DNA of 64,000 nt from Malacoraja senta (Eukaryota). Position 1 is the first letter of the stretch; the number at the start of each line of letters is the position of its first letter. This document shows, in pieces, positions 1-11,000 of this stretch. The notes under the pieces were generated by a model. That model did not search any database and was not told the origin of the DNA. It was given only the letters and a program-made list of their open reading frames with translations. The stretch covers positions 16,122,001-16,186,000 of the forward strand of contig CM075988.1 of assembly GCA_038087875.1 (NCBI GenBank), given 5' to 3'. The position numbers and the translations under genes were made by a program.

Positions 1-346
1 ATTCAGCAGTGAGGTAAAGAGCTTGAAAAGATTTACATTCTGTTTGAGTTCGCTCTAATGCCTTAATACAATAATTGACTTGTATGTGACTACAAGGTTG
101 AATTTTATGTTAATGCAAGGGTTCAAAAATTATGCTAACACTGATGTTGAATATTATGCAAAAGCAATGGGTGATTAGCATGTTAATAGATTCATAGAGA
201 GTGATATACAAGGGCAGGACCTACACAGTGAATGACAGAATGGAAACAGGCCCTTCAGTCCAACTTGCCCATGCCAACCAACGTCTCCCATCTACACTAG
301 TTTCACCTGCCTGCATTTGGCTCACATCCCTCTAAACCTATCCCAT

Positions 347-1415
347 AGACAAAGGCGGAATCAGTTAATTTAATATCATACTTATATAATATCATCTTAA
401 ATATAGAAATACCCACAACAGATGGAATTAGAAGAGATTGGGAACAAGATCTAGGTATAAAAATTTCAAAAGAAAGTTGGGATAATCATTTATTACAGGT
501 GCATAAATGCTCGATCAACGTACGACATACGCTTATCCAATTTAAAACATTACATAGATTATATTATTCAAAAACCAAACTAAATAAAATCTTTCCTAAC
601 GTCTCATCAATCTGTGATAAATGTATATGTCAAGAAGCTACCATAGCACATTCTTTTGTTTTTTGTACAAAAATCCAAAAATTCTGGTTTGAAATATTTG
701 ATATTTTTTCAAAATTAATCAAAATAAAACTGGTACCAAAACCAGAATGGATTATTTTTGGAATATCGGAAGGTATTCCTGAATTAAACGTGTATCAGAA
801 GAATTTACTCAATTATGGGCTAATAATGGGAAAAAAGCTTATACTTAAATTCTGGAAAAATGCGCCCACACCAACAATAAAAATGTGGACATCAAATATG
901 TTGGAAACATTACATCTGGAAGAGATGAGATTCCTCCTAGTAGGTAAAGTAGATCAATTTCAAAAGACGTGGTCTACGTTTTTGGACCTATTACAAGCAT
1001 GAGGTGCAATAGTAATTTAGAAAAACAAATAAATAAATAAAAGGTATCTGGACCTGGTAATGGGAGGTAAAATAAAAACAGACTTGGTTGGTAGTTCCTT
1101 CTCTATGAAGTATAGTATAAGAGTTATAATAGAGCGATTGTTCCTTCTTTCTTTCTCTTTTTTTTCTAGGGTCTATTTTCTAACTTTACTTCCTTCTCTA
1201 ACCTCTTCTCTAAGGGGCTTTCTTTTCCCAACACTCTTTTGCACTTCACAACCTTTGCGCACTTTCTTCACTTTTCTTACTTCTTTCTTTTTCTTTCTTA
1301 AAGTTTAAAAAAATGAAGCGGTACAAAAAATGTATTAATATATACGTGTTGTACATTACTGTAATCTACCGTACTTCTAAAAAATAAAAAAAATAAAAAA
1401 AAAAAAAAAATAAAA
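347..1415 (+). mobile_element. 5'-truncated L1-clade LINE (ORF2 C-terminal zinc finger, 3'UTR, polyA) inserted into a CR1 fragment
   Basis: ORF 499-1002 with C-x2-C...H...C; polyA tail; 14-bp TSD TAAACCTATCCCAT at 333-346 and 1416-1429. Confidence 0.92.
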
Positions 1416-2038
1416 TAAACCTATCCCATCCATGTACATGTCCAAATGTTTTTTAAATGTTGTAATAGTACTTGCCTCAACTACCTCCTCTGGTAGCTTG
1501 TTCCAGAAAACCTACCACCTATTCTGTAAAAAAAATTGTCCCTCAAGTCTCTTCCATCTTTCCCCCCTCACCTTAAACTTAAGTTCTGGTTCTTCATTCC
1601 CTACTCTGAGTAAACCTATCTATTCCTCTCATGATCTTATACATCTCTACAAGATCACCCCTCATCCTCCTGCACTCCAAGGAATAAAATCCTAGCTTGT
1701 TCAATCTCTCCCTATAGCTCAGGCTCTAGAGTCCTGACAACATCCTCTTAAATCTTCTCTGCGCCTTTTCCAGCTTAACAACATATTTCCTATAACAGTG
1801 TGAGCGGAACTAAACACAATACTCTAACATGACCCACCAACTTCTAAACTAAATACACTAACTGATGAGGACCAATGTGCCGAAAGCCTTCTACGTATCT
1901 AACTGTGACGCCACTTTCAAGGAACTAATTCCCTGCTCCCCGAGATCCCTGTACACTACAGCACACCTCAGACCTCCGTCATTCACTGTGTAGGTCCTGC
2001 CCTTGTTAGACTTCCAAAAACGGATCACCTCGCACTTC

Positions 2039-2143
2039 TTCAAAGAAGTCTGAAGAAGGGTTTCGGCCCGAAACGTTGCCTATTTCCTTCGCTCCATAGA
2101 TGCTGCTGCACCCGCTGAGTTTCTCCAGCATTTTTGTGTACCT
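2039..2143 (+). mobile_element. Short Penelope terminal-repeat-derived insertion with hammerhead motif
   Basis: Flanked by the 14-bp direct repeat TCACCTCGCACTTC (2025-2038, 2144-2157); same sequence family as the end of the Penelope-like element at ~53370-53490. Confidence 0.8.
2047..2080 (+). ncRNA. Minimal hammerhead ribozyme motif
   Basis: CTGAAGA-A-GGGT(TTCG)GCCC-GAAAC-GTT; stem I is weak. Confidence 0.6.
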
Positions 2144-2271
2144 TCACCTCGCACTTCACTGTATTGAACTCCATCAAATATTCCCTCACCCCGTCTTTGC
2201 GCCAAATGTATAAAAAATAGTTAGGAACTGTGTTCCGAGAATAGTTCTTAAGAACAATTGTTAAGAACGGT

Positions 2272-2572
2272 GGGCGACACAATGGCGTAACAGTAGAGTT
2301 GCTGCCTTACAGCCCGAGAGACCCGGGTTCGATCCTGACGACGGGTGCTTGTCTGTATGGAGTTTCTCCCTGCGTGATTCTTTCTAGGATCTCCGGTTTC
2401 CTCCCACACTTCAAAGTCATATGGGTTTGCAAGTTAATTGGCTTGGTATAAATGGAAATTGTCCCTAGTGTGTAGGATAGTGTTAGTGTGTGGGGATCGC
2501 TGGATGGCGCGGACTCGGTGGGCCGAAGAGACTGTTTCCACGCTGTATCTCCAAACTAAACAAAACTAAACT
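2272..2572 (+). mobile_element. tRNA-derived V-SINE (HE1-like)
   Basis: B-box GGTTCGATCC, V-domain CCGGTTTCCTCCCACA, (AAACT)n tail. Further copies at ~3775-4030(+), 5990-6305(-), 9790-10020(-), 19641-19935(-), 21397-21685(-), 24312-24610(-), 27091-27543(+), 37684-37960(-), 38125-38340(+) and 53890-54187(-). Confidence 0.85.
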
Positions 2573-2884
2573 ACAGTATTTCTAGATTTATTAGAACATT
2601 GAGCAGTCCAGCACATGAACAGGCCCTTTGGCCTACAATGTCTGTGCCTAACATAATGTCAAAACCATCACTTATCAACCTGTACATAACCCATATCCTC
2701 CATTCTCAGCATATCCAAATGCCTATATTTTTTATATTACAACAAGTGCAAAATTCAAGATTAAGGGCTGATTAGGGATAGTCAGCACAGTTGTATATGT
2801 GGGAAATTATGTGCCACGATCTGATTGAATTTTTTGATGATGTGACCAACAAGGTTTAGTGAGGGCAGAGCTGCAGACACATAT

Positions 2885-3348
2885 ATCATAAGGTCATAAA
2901 TGATAGGAGTAGAATTATGCTATTCGGCCCATCAAGTCTACTTCGCCATGACTGATCTAGCTCCTAACCCTATTCTCCTACCTTCTTCCCAAAACCTCCG
3001 ACACCTGTACTAATCAAGAATCTATCTATCTCTGCCTTTAAGATATCCACCGACTTGGCCTCCACAGCCTTCTGTGCCAAAGAATTCCACAGATTCACCA
3101 CCATCTGACTAAATATATTTCTCATCTCCTTCCTAAAAGAACGTCCTTTAATTCTGAGACTATGACCTCTGGTCCTAGACTCCCCCACTAGTGGAAACAT
3201 CCTCTCCACATCCACTCTATCCAAGCCTTTAACTATTATGTACGTTTCAATGTGGTCTCCCCTCATTCTTCTAAACACCAGCGAGTACAGGCACAGTGCC
3301 GACAAACTCCCATCATAGGTTGACCTACTCATTCCTGGGATCATTCTT
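2885..3348 (-). mobile_element. CR1-type LINE 3' fragment
   Basis: ORF 2970-3344 (RRMRGDHIETYIIVKGLDRVDVERMFPLVGESRTRGHSLRIKG) is a CR1 ORF2 C-terminus. Similar pieces at ~4430-4790, 6805-7145, 21150-21310, 30180-30290 and 59310-59590. Confidence 0.85.
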
Positions 3349-4861
3349 GCAAACTATATGGATTCCAGCAAGGTGTTTGACAAGGTTCTGCATGGTAGGC
3401 TGCTCTGGAAGGTTAGATGATATTAAACACAAGAAGAGTCAGCTGACTGGATAGAAAATTAGCTTCATGGAAGGAAGCAGCGAGCGATGGTGATTGTTTT
3501 TTGGACTTGTGACTAGTGAGGTACCTCAGGATCTGGTGCTGGGCCTGATGTTGTTTGTCATCCATATAAATGATTTGGATGAGGCATGATTAGTAAGTTT
3601 GCAGATGACACTAAAATGGGTGTTATTGTAGACAGTGAAGATGATTGCCAAAAATTGCCACAGGATCTTTGTCAGTTGGCAAGTGGGGTGAGGGAATGTT
3701 TCATAGAGTTCAGTACAGTGAAGTGCGAGCTGTTCCATTTTGCAACTAGAACTTACTGATGGCAAAGCTTCACCGAGTTCAGTAACCCGGGTTCAATCCC
3801 GACCACGAGTGCTGTCTATATGGAGTTTGTACGTTCTCCCTGTGACCGTGTGGGTTTCCTCCCACACTCCAAAGATGTACGGGTTTGTAGGTTAATTGGC
3901 TTGGTATAGGTGTAAATTGTCCATAGTGTGTATAGGATGGTGTTAATGTGCGGGGGTCGCTGGTCGGTGCGGTCTCGATGGGCTGAAGGGTCTGTTTCCG
4001 CGCTGTATCTCTAAACTGATTAAACTAAGGTATCAATACATCCAACATCTTCATCAGTTGTATCTGTGTAAAATATTATCACTTCCAATGATCCAAAACA
4101 TTCATGCATTAAGATATTTCCATTGGCGTAGTGATATTCTTTGTTCCATTATATTAAATGATGAACCATTTCATTCCATGAGATTCATGCAAACTTTTTT
4201 AATGTTTAGCTTGAGAGTGGAATATTCCTTTTACCCACAAGTTGGTCGTCATTGGCAAGTTGGGCCGAAGGGCCTGTTTTCGTACTGTATGACTCTATGA
4301 CTGCCTGGTTGAAAATGCAACCATTTTTTATTATCTGACAAACCATTAAGGTGAAAACCATTGACTGTCAAACCATTGACTGTCAAAATGTTGTCTATTA
4401 CTTTTCAACTATCCTGGGATACCTTAACTTAGGAGGGGACCTCATTGAAATATACAGAAGAGCGAAAGGCTTGGATAGAGTGGATGTGGAGAGGATGTTT
4501 CTACTAGTGGGAAATTTTTGGACAAGAAGTCTTTAGTCAGAGAATTTCTTTAGTCAGAGGGTGGTGGATCTGTGGAGTTCTTTGCCACAGAAGGCTGTGG
4601 AGGCCAAGTCAGTAGATATATTTAAGGCAGAGATACATAGATTCTTGATTAGTACGGGTGTCAGAGGTTATGGGGAGAAGGCAGGAGAATGGGGTTAGGA
4701 GTGAGAGATAGATCAGCCATGATTGAATGGCAGAGTAGACGATGGGCCGAATGGCCTAATCCTGCTCCTGTCACTTATGAGCTTATGAAATCCTCTTTGT
4801 TAATTTTGCACTATTCTGCCAGTGGACTCATTGTCAAATCCAATGTCATTCATGTTGAAGG

Positions 4862-5716
4862 TGGGGGGAAAGTATTTGATACATATACACAAATGTTTGA
4901 TTAATGTAAGACATAATTTAATTCAATTAAAATTTTTACATAGATTATATTATTCAAAAACTTGACTGAATAAATTCTATCCAAATACTTCCCCCATTTG
5001 TGATAAATGTCTACCCCAAAATGCAACTATAACACACTCTTTTGTTTCCTGCATAAAACGTTATAAATTCTGGAGTGATATTTTTGAAATATTTACAAAA
5101 TTATTCAAGATAAAAATGGAACCTAATACTGAAATGATTATATTTGGAGTAACGGAAGACGGGAACAAATCAAACTCATCTCAACATTTATTTTTTAATT
5201 ATGGGTTAATAACGCAAAAAAACGTATACTTAAATTTTGGAAAAATACACCCACACCAACGCTTAAAATGTGGATTTCAAACATGTTGGACACCGCACAT
5301 CTTGAGGAAATGCGATTCCTCCTAATAGATAAATCAGACCAATTCTTACCGAGTTGGTCTCCATTTATCGACTTTTTGGAAGCATATGGTGCAACAAAAT
5401 TGTAGAAACTAACAGTTTCAGGACTGGGTGAAGGATGGTCAATATAAATAACGATCTCCTTAATCTCTTATTTTCTACTCTTTTTCTTTCTATCTTCTTT
5501 TCTTCACTTTTCCTCTTTCACCCCTTTTTCTTTTTCACACACCATATATCACACGTTTTTCTATATTTTATTATCTATTCTCTCTTTTTCTCTTTCATTA
5601 TTAAAAAAAAAAAATAAGAAGCTGTACATAAAATGTAACCTGTCAATATATATTAGGCCCCTTGGTGCCATATTACTGTACTTACTTCTAATAAAATAAA
5701 ATTTAAAAAAAACAAA
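4862..5716 (+). mobile_element. 5'-truncated L1-clade LINE
   Basis: Homologous to the ORF2 C-terminus of the other L1s; A-rich tail; 14-bp TSD ATTCATGTTGAAGG at 4848-4861 and 5717-5730. Confidence 0.9.
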
Positions 5717-7389
5717 ATTCATGTTGAAGGGATTTCTCTTCGGATTACAAATCAGACAATAAAAATTAGGAGATCTGGGTGGGTTTAATTGGTTATAGTT
5801 ACCCAACAATCATGTCACAGAGTGGAATGAATTTGATTCTCAATATTTCAAACCAGTACCTTGGAAAGCTGCCCCAAGATATATGAGGGAGATTGTTAAC
5901 GTCCCTTTATAATGGGAGAAGGGCAATGATGTCTTATAGTTGATACGCAAATGTACCCTTACCATTTAGTGTGATTTAGATTTAATCTTTTTAGTTTTAG
6001 AGATGCAGCATGGAAATAGGCCCTTCTACCCACCAAATCCACACTGATTATTGATCACCAGTTCACACTGGTTTCATGTTATCTCTTTCTCATCCACTCC
6101 CTACTCTCGGGGCAATTTACAGAGGCTAATTCACCTACAAACCCACACATATTTTCAATGTGGGAGGACACCAAAGCACCTGGTGGAAACCCACATGGTC
6201 ACGGGGGCAACGTGCAAACACCACTTCGACAGCACCCAAAATCAGGATTGAGTCCGGGTCTCTGTCGCTGTGAGGCAGCAGCTCTACCTGCTATACCACT
6301 CTGTACTGTGATGATCAGTGTATTTTGCTGAAGGATTGCAAATTGTTAGTCTTGGCAACCTCCTGCAAAGGGAAAACACGGAGTTAATTACAATAATTAA
6401 ATGACAATCCTATGATCCCAGCAAGGCTTTGAAGCCACTTTTGGACTGAACTGGGTGAAGCTTTGCCATCAGGAAGTTCTAGTTGCAAAATGTGAGTGAG
6501 CATTCTTAAAGTGAACCCATTCAGCTCATTAATCAAAGAATGTTTCAAACAGATTTACAAACTTGACTCTGTTACAGTGAAAAATATCATATGATTACAT
6601 TGTTGATAAATAGCCCCATGGTTCTAATCTGCTCTTAATGATGTCAGGAAATGTCAATGTGCAATAAGGGGAAACAAATAGTTTTACCACCCAGGCATCA
6701 TGGTAATGTAGGATATGTAGTGAGCCAGTTTATCACCAGAAAGTATCCTGCAAAGCTTATGAAATGGCCGGTGACAAACTGACGTTCCCTCGCCCCACCT
6801 GCCTCGATAGAGTGGATGTGGAGAGGATGTTTCCACTAGTGGGAGAGTCTAGGGCCAGAGGCCATAGCCTCAGAATAAAAGCTTGTACCTTTGGAAAGGA
6901 GATGAGAAGGGATTTATTTATTCAGGTGGTGAATCTGTGGAATTTATCGCCACAGACAGCTGCGGAAGTCAAGTTAATGGATCATTTTAAGGCGGAGATT
7001 GGCAGATTCTTGCTTAGTACGGGTGTCAGGGGTTATGGGAGGAAGGCAGGAAAATAGGTTGAGAGTGAAAGACAGATCAGCCACCATTGAGTGGCGGGGT
7101 AGATTTGAAGGGCCAAATGGCCTTATTCTGCTCCCAGAACTTATGAATTTATGCCCCACACTCTTCAATAGTGTAAAAAAAGAGGTATAAAGTTTGAACA
7201 CTTTATCTCATTGCTGGTTGGAATGTCATCAGCTGTAACTGAACTTAGTAGTGTGTTTATAAAGTAAACTATCGATGCTTAATTATGGAAAACGATGGAC
7301 ACTACATAAACATTTGCAAAATGAGTATAGCTTTTTTTCTTCTAAGTATGTGTTGCAAAACAAAATGGTTCATGATTCCATGAAATCGT

Positions 7390-7700
7390 AATCCCCGGGA
7401 AGTAAATGAATAGCCAAGACACATCTGTAATCTCGAAGATATTTTAACTGTCAAACCAAATGAGGGGCGTGATCCCAATAAGTTCTTAAAATACTGCAGG
7501 AACAATGGTCTAGCATTTTAATCTCCAGATCCAGTTTTGTTTGAGTTTTGCAGTAATTTCCGTGCATATGTGAAAAAAATGCGTCATATATTCAGCCGGA
7601 GTGTAGGATTGGCAAGTACCTGGGCAAACTGCGATGGACAGGTGCACGGCTTACCTGGGAGTTGACGCATATATTATCGTCAAGGATCATGTTTCACAGC
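7390..7700 (+). promoter_or_regulatory. Putative proximal promoter of the IkB-zeta-like gene
   Basis: Non-repetitive sequence with GGGGAAGT (ETS-like, ~7396), TGCGTCA 7580-7586, TGACGCA 7663-7669, reverse CCAAT (~7608) and TATA-like CATATATTAT 7668-7677, upstream of ATG 7853. Confidence 0.45.
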
Positions 7701-7852
7701 CTTCCTCTTAAAAGAGGCCGTTCATTGGAAAAGTACCATCTAGAGTCTGGCTTGCAGTTGCTTTGCATCAGTGGTGAGTCGCGGGGACCACCTCCCTACC
7801 CATCTACCTACTTACCTGTCCAGGTGCCCCTGACGTTGCATCGGGATACAAC

Positions 7853-8066
7853 ATGCTCTTCAAGGTGTCGAACCCGGACAGTTTGCACGATCAGAGCAGC
7901 AATGACAGCGGCATCGACGACTGCCTGCGAAGGAGCAAATGGTCTCCTGCGGCCATTCCCAGACAATGCCCGCAACTGAGTCCATCCTCTCCCACCCGGA
8001 CCGTCTCCAAACACTGCAAACGCGGACGAAAGACCACGCCGGACGCAGCAAACAGGATCAGGGCCG
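7853..8066 (+). CDS. Coding exon 1 ([23 protein letters not shown]...NRIRA)
   Basis: ATG at 7853 in a non-repetitive, CpG-richer segment; donor CCG|GTAAGA; phase 1 matches exon 2. No recognisable homology, so less certain. Confidence 0.65.
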
Positions 8067-11000
8067 GTAAGACTTTCTCAACCGCAGTTAACAGTGCAAA
8101 TTATTGAAGTTTTGTGTCGGGAGGAACTGCAGATGCTGGTTTACACCGAAGATGGACACAAAATGCTGGAGTAACTCAGCGCGGGGGGGGGGGGGGGGGG
8201 GCAGGCAGGAAAGGGAAAGGGTGAGGTTTCGGGGTCGAGACCCTTCTTCAGACTGAGAGTCGGGGAGAGGGGATCTAGAGATATGGAAGTGGAAGGTGTG
8301 GCTGGAGGTGGAATTCTGCTGGAGGTGGCAAAAATGTCGAAAGACTATGTGCTGTATGCGACGACAAGGAAGGTGAGGACCAGGGGGACTCTGTCCCTGT
8401 TGCGACTGTGGGACACTTCTTCCCACCCTGCTTCCTGCAAAGACTGTATCCCCTACTCCAAATTCCTCCACCTACGCTGCATCTGCACCCAAGATGAGGT
8501 GTTCCTAACCAGGACATCCGAGATGACCTCATTATTTAGGGAATGGGGATACCCCTCTTCCACCGTTGATGAGGCCCTCACATGGGTCTCCTCGGTACCC
8601 CGCAGCTCCGCTCTTGCACCCCTCCCCCCAACATTGAGGTTTGTTTGGTTGCAGGATATGTTCGATGCTGAACCTGGCAACAAGGTGCAATCTATAATCA
8701 AAATGAAATTTATGTTGGTGTTAAAGCAGGCACTAATTCTTTTGCATAATGACATAATGAGTTGTAAAATAATCTCGCTAAATAGAAAATTGCAAACCAG
8801 AGTTGAAGCTCAGACTATATATTTTAGTTTTAACCCAGTGTTCTGGTTAGTACTTAATCTTTAGTCAACATCTGGTAATTTCTTTAGCAAAATACACCAA
8901 ATAGCTGGAGGAACTCAGGGGGTCAGGCGGAATCTGGATTGGTGATATTTCGGGTCAGACTAATCGCTGAGCTTCTCCAGCACTTTGCATTTTGCTCAAG
9001 ATTCCTGTATCTTTAGCTCCTTTTGTCTCTGAACATTTCTTTGATGGCAGTGGGAACTTACAATCCACAGATTGGTTGTCACTCCTGCAACAAGAAGTCC
9101 TCATTAATTACAGTAAACCCACATTATTACAGACCTTTTTATAATAGATTTTGGTTACAGCGGACAGACCTACCTCCAGGCCTGGCTGCCAATGCTACTC
9201 CCGGCCCGGGTACTTCCCGCATCACCTCCCCGGTTACTTCCAGCCCTGACCTACTGCCACCACCGCCGGGGACCACAGGGCTTCCTCAGTCACTTCCAGA
9301 CCACCACCGACCCTTACCTGCACTCAAGCCTGCACCAATGACTCCGCCAATCCTCTCCTCTCCCCCTGGGGCTGTCAACTCGCCTGGATTCCAGGCTCAG
9401 TTCCAGACCGAGAATCTGAGGGTCAGTCTCGACCCAAAACATCACCTATCCATGTTCTCCAGAGATGCTGCCTGACTGCTGAGTTACTCCAGCACTTTGT
9501 ATCCTTTTGTGTATCAACCAGCATCTGCAGTACTACCACTTATACAATGATACTCTATTATTCAATAATCTCTTGCTCGGTTATAGCTCGATTTTTCCCT
9601 CTAGTGTTTGTTTTTCCATCCTGGGAAAATGATTCTGACTGTCTACTCTATATATGTCCCTCATAATTTTATGTACTTCAATCGGGTCGGACTATAACCT
9701 CAGGGCATTCCAGAAAAAAACAATTCAAATCTGACCAATGCTCCGAAGTGGAAAATTCTGTTCGCAGGTCTATTCCTTGATCTTCCCACTTTCCCAGTTA
9801 TCCCACTTTCTCATTCACTCACTACACATTAGGGGCAATTTTAGAAGCTTATTAACCTACATACCCAAACGTCTTTGGGCTGTGGGAGGTAACCGTAGCA
9901 CCTATGGGAAAGCCATATGGTCACAGGGAGAACGTGCAAACTCTAAACAGATAGCACTCGAGTTCAGGATCAAACCCGGGTCCTTAGCGTTGTAAGGCAG
10001 CAGCTCTACTAACTGTACTGTAATGTTCTCCTGGTCATGTCCAACCGCTGCAGTATTTCACTTTTATATCCATACCGTCTTGAATGGTACCCTTACCAAC
10101 AAATTATTTTAAAAAATCTTCATTGGATACCAAAACAAAAACAAATCTTTTCTTTTAACCAAGATAGCAGCTAAAACTATTTAGCCCTTAGTTGTCTATG
10201 TTGAGGTCTTTCTTATATAAAGCTCCTCCGAAGCACATTAGAACATGTTGTTGTATTGAAGGTACTATGAAAATGGAAGCTGTTGATTTATTTTTATTTT
10301 TTATTTTTTATTTTTTTATTAATATTTTTATTAGAAGCAGTGTACAGTAGTATAAACCGCGGCATGTGACAAAATACATTTATTGTACATCTTCCATTTT
10401 AAATTTAACAAAGAAGAAATAGAAAAAGAGAGACAGAGCAAGAAAGAGAGAAAGTGAAAGAAATAGTGAATGTGTACACCCCTAAACTACCGAATAGTGT
10501 AGTCAAAGAGTAAATAAGTAAAAACCTAAAAAAGAGTAAGAAGACAAAAACGAAAAATAATAATAAAAAAAAGAAAAAAGGGACCATAACGTGTTGATAT
10601 ACCTGCTTCATTTCTCACCACACCCATCACCCTGTCCGTGAATCGGTTTAATTCCAAAATTGTGTTGCACCATACTATACGTGTAATGAATCAATGAAAG
10701 GAGACCATATCTTTAGAAATTGCTCTGATTTTCCTGCTAAGACGAGTCTCATATCTTCAAGATGTAGCGTCTCAGACATGCTTGTAATCCACATTTTAGG
10801 AGTTGGGGTAGAAGCATTTTTCCAAAATTTAAGTATACGTTTTTTTGCCATTATCAGGCCATAATTGAGGAAACGTCTTTGAAATATTGATAGCTCAGAG
10901 CAGACTCCTGTTATTCTAAAAATAATCAATTCTGTATGGGGGTCCAGTTTTGATTTAATAATTTTGAGAAGATTTCAAAGATTCCTTTCCAAAATTTATG

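Larger units (their letters stand above)
1430..2200 (-). mobile_element. CR1-type LINE 3' fragment (continues at ~240-346)
   Basis: Same family as ~25660-26000, ~35350-36020 and ~60530-60965 (GAGGTAGTTGAGGCAGG core). Confidence 0.75.

Noticed and set aside
2272..2345. tRNA genes at SINE heads
   Set aside because: A/B-box-like heads run straight into the V-domain and LINE-like tail; no complete cloverleaf.
7774..7823. 50-nt 5'UTR intron
   Set aside because: Shorter than typical vertebrate minimal introns; kept only as possible alternative splice sites.
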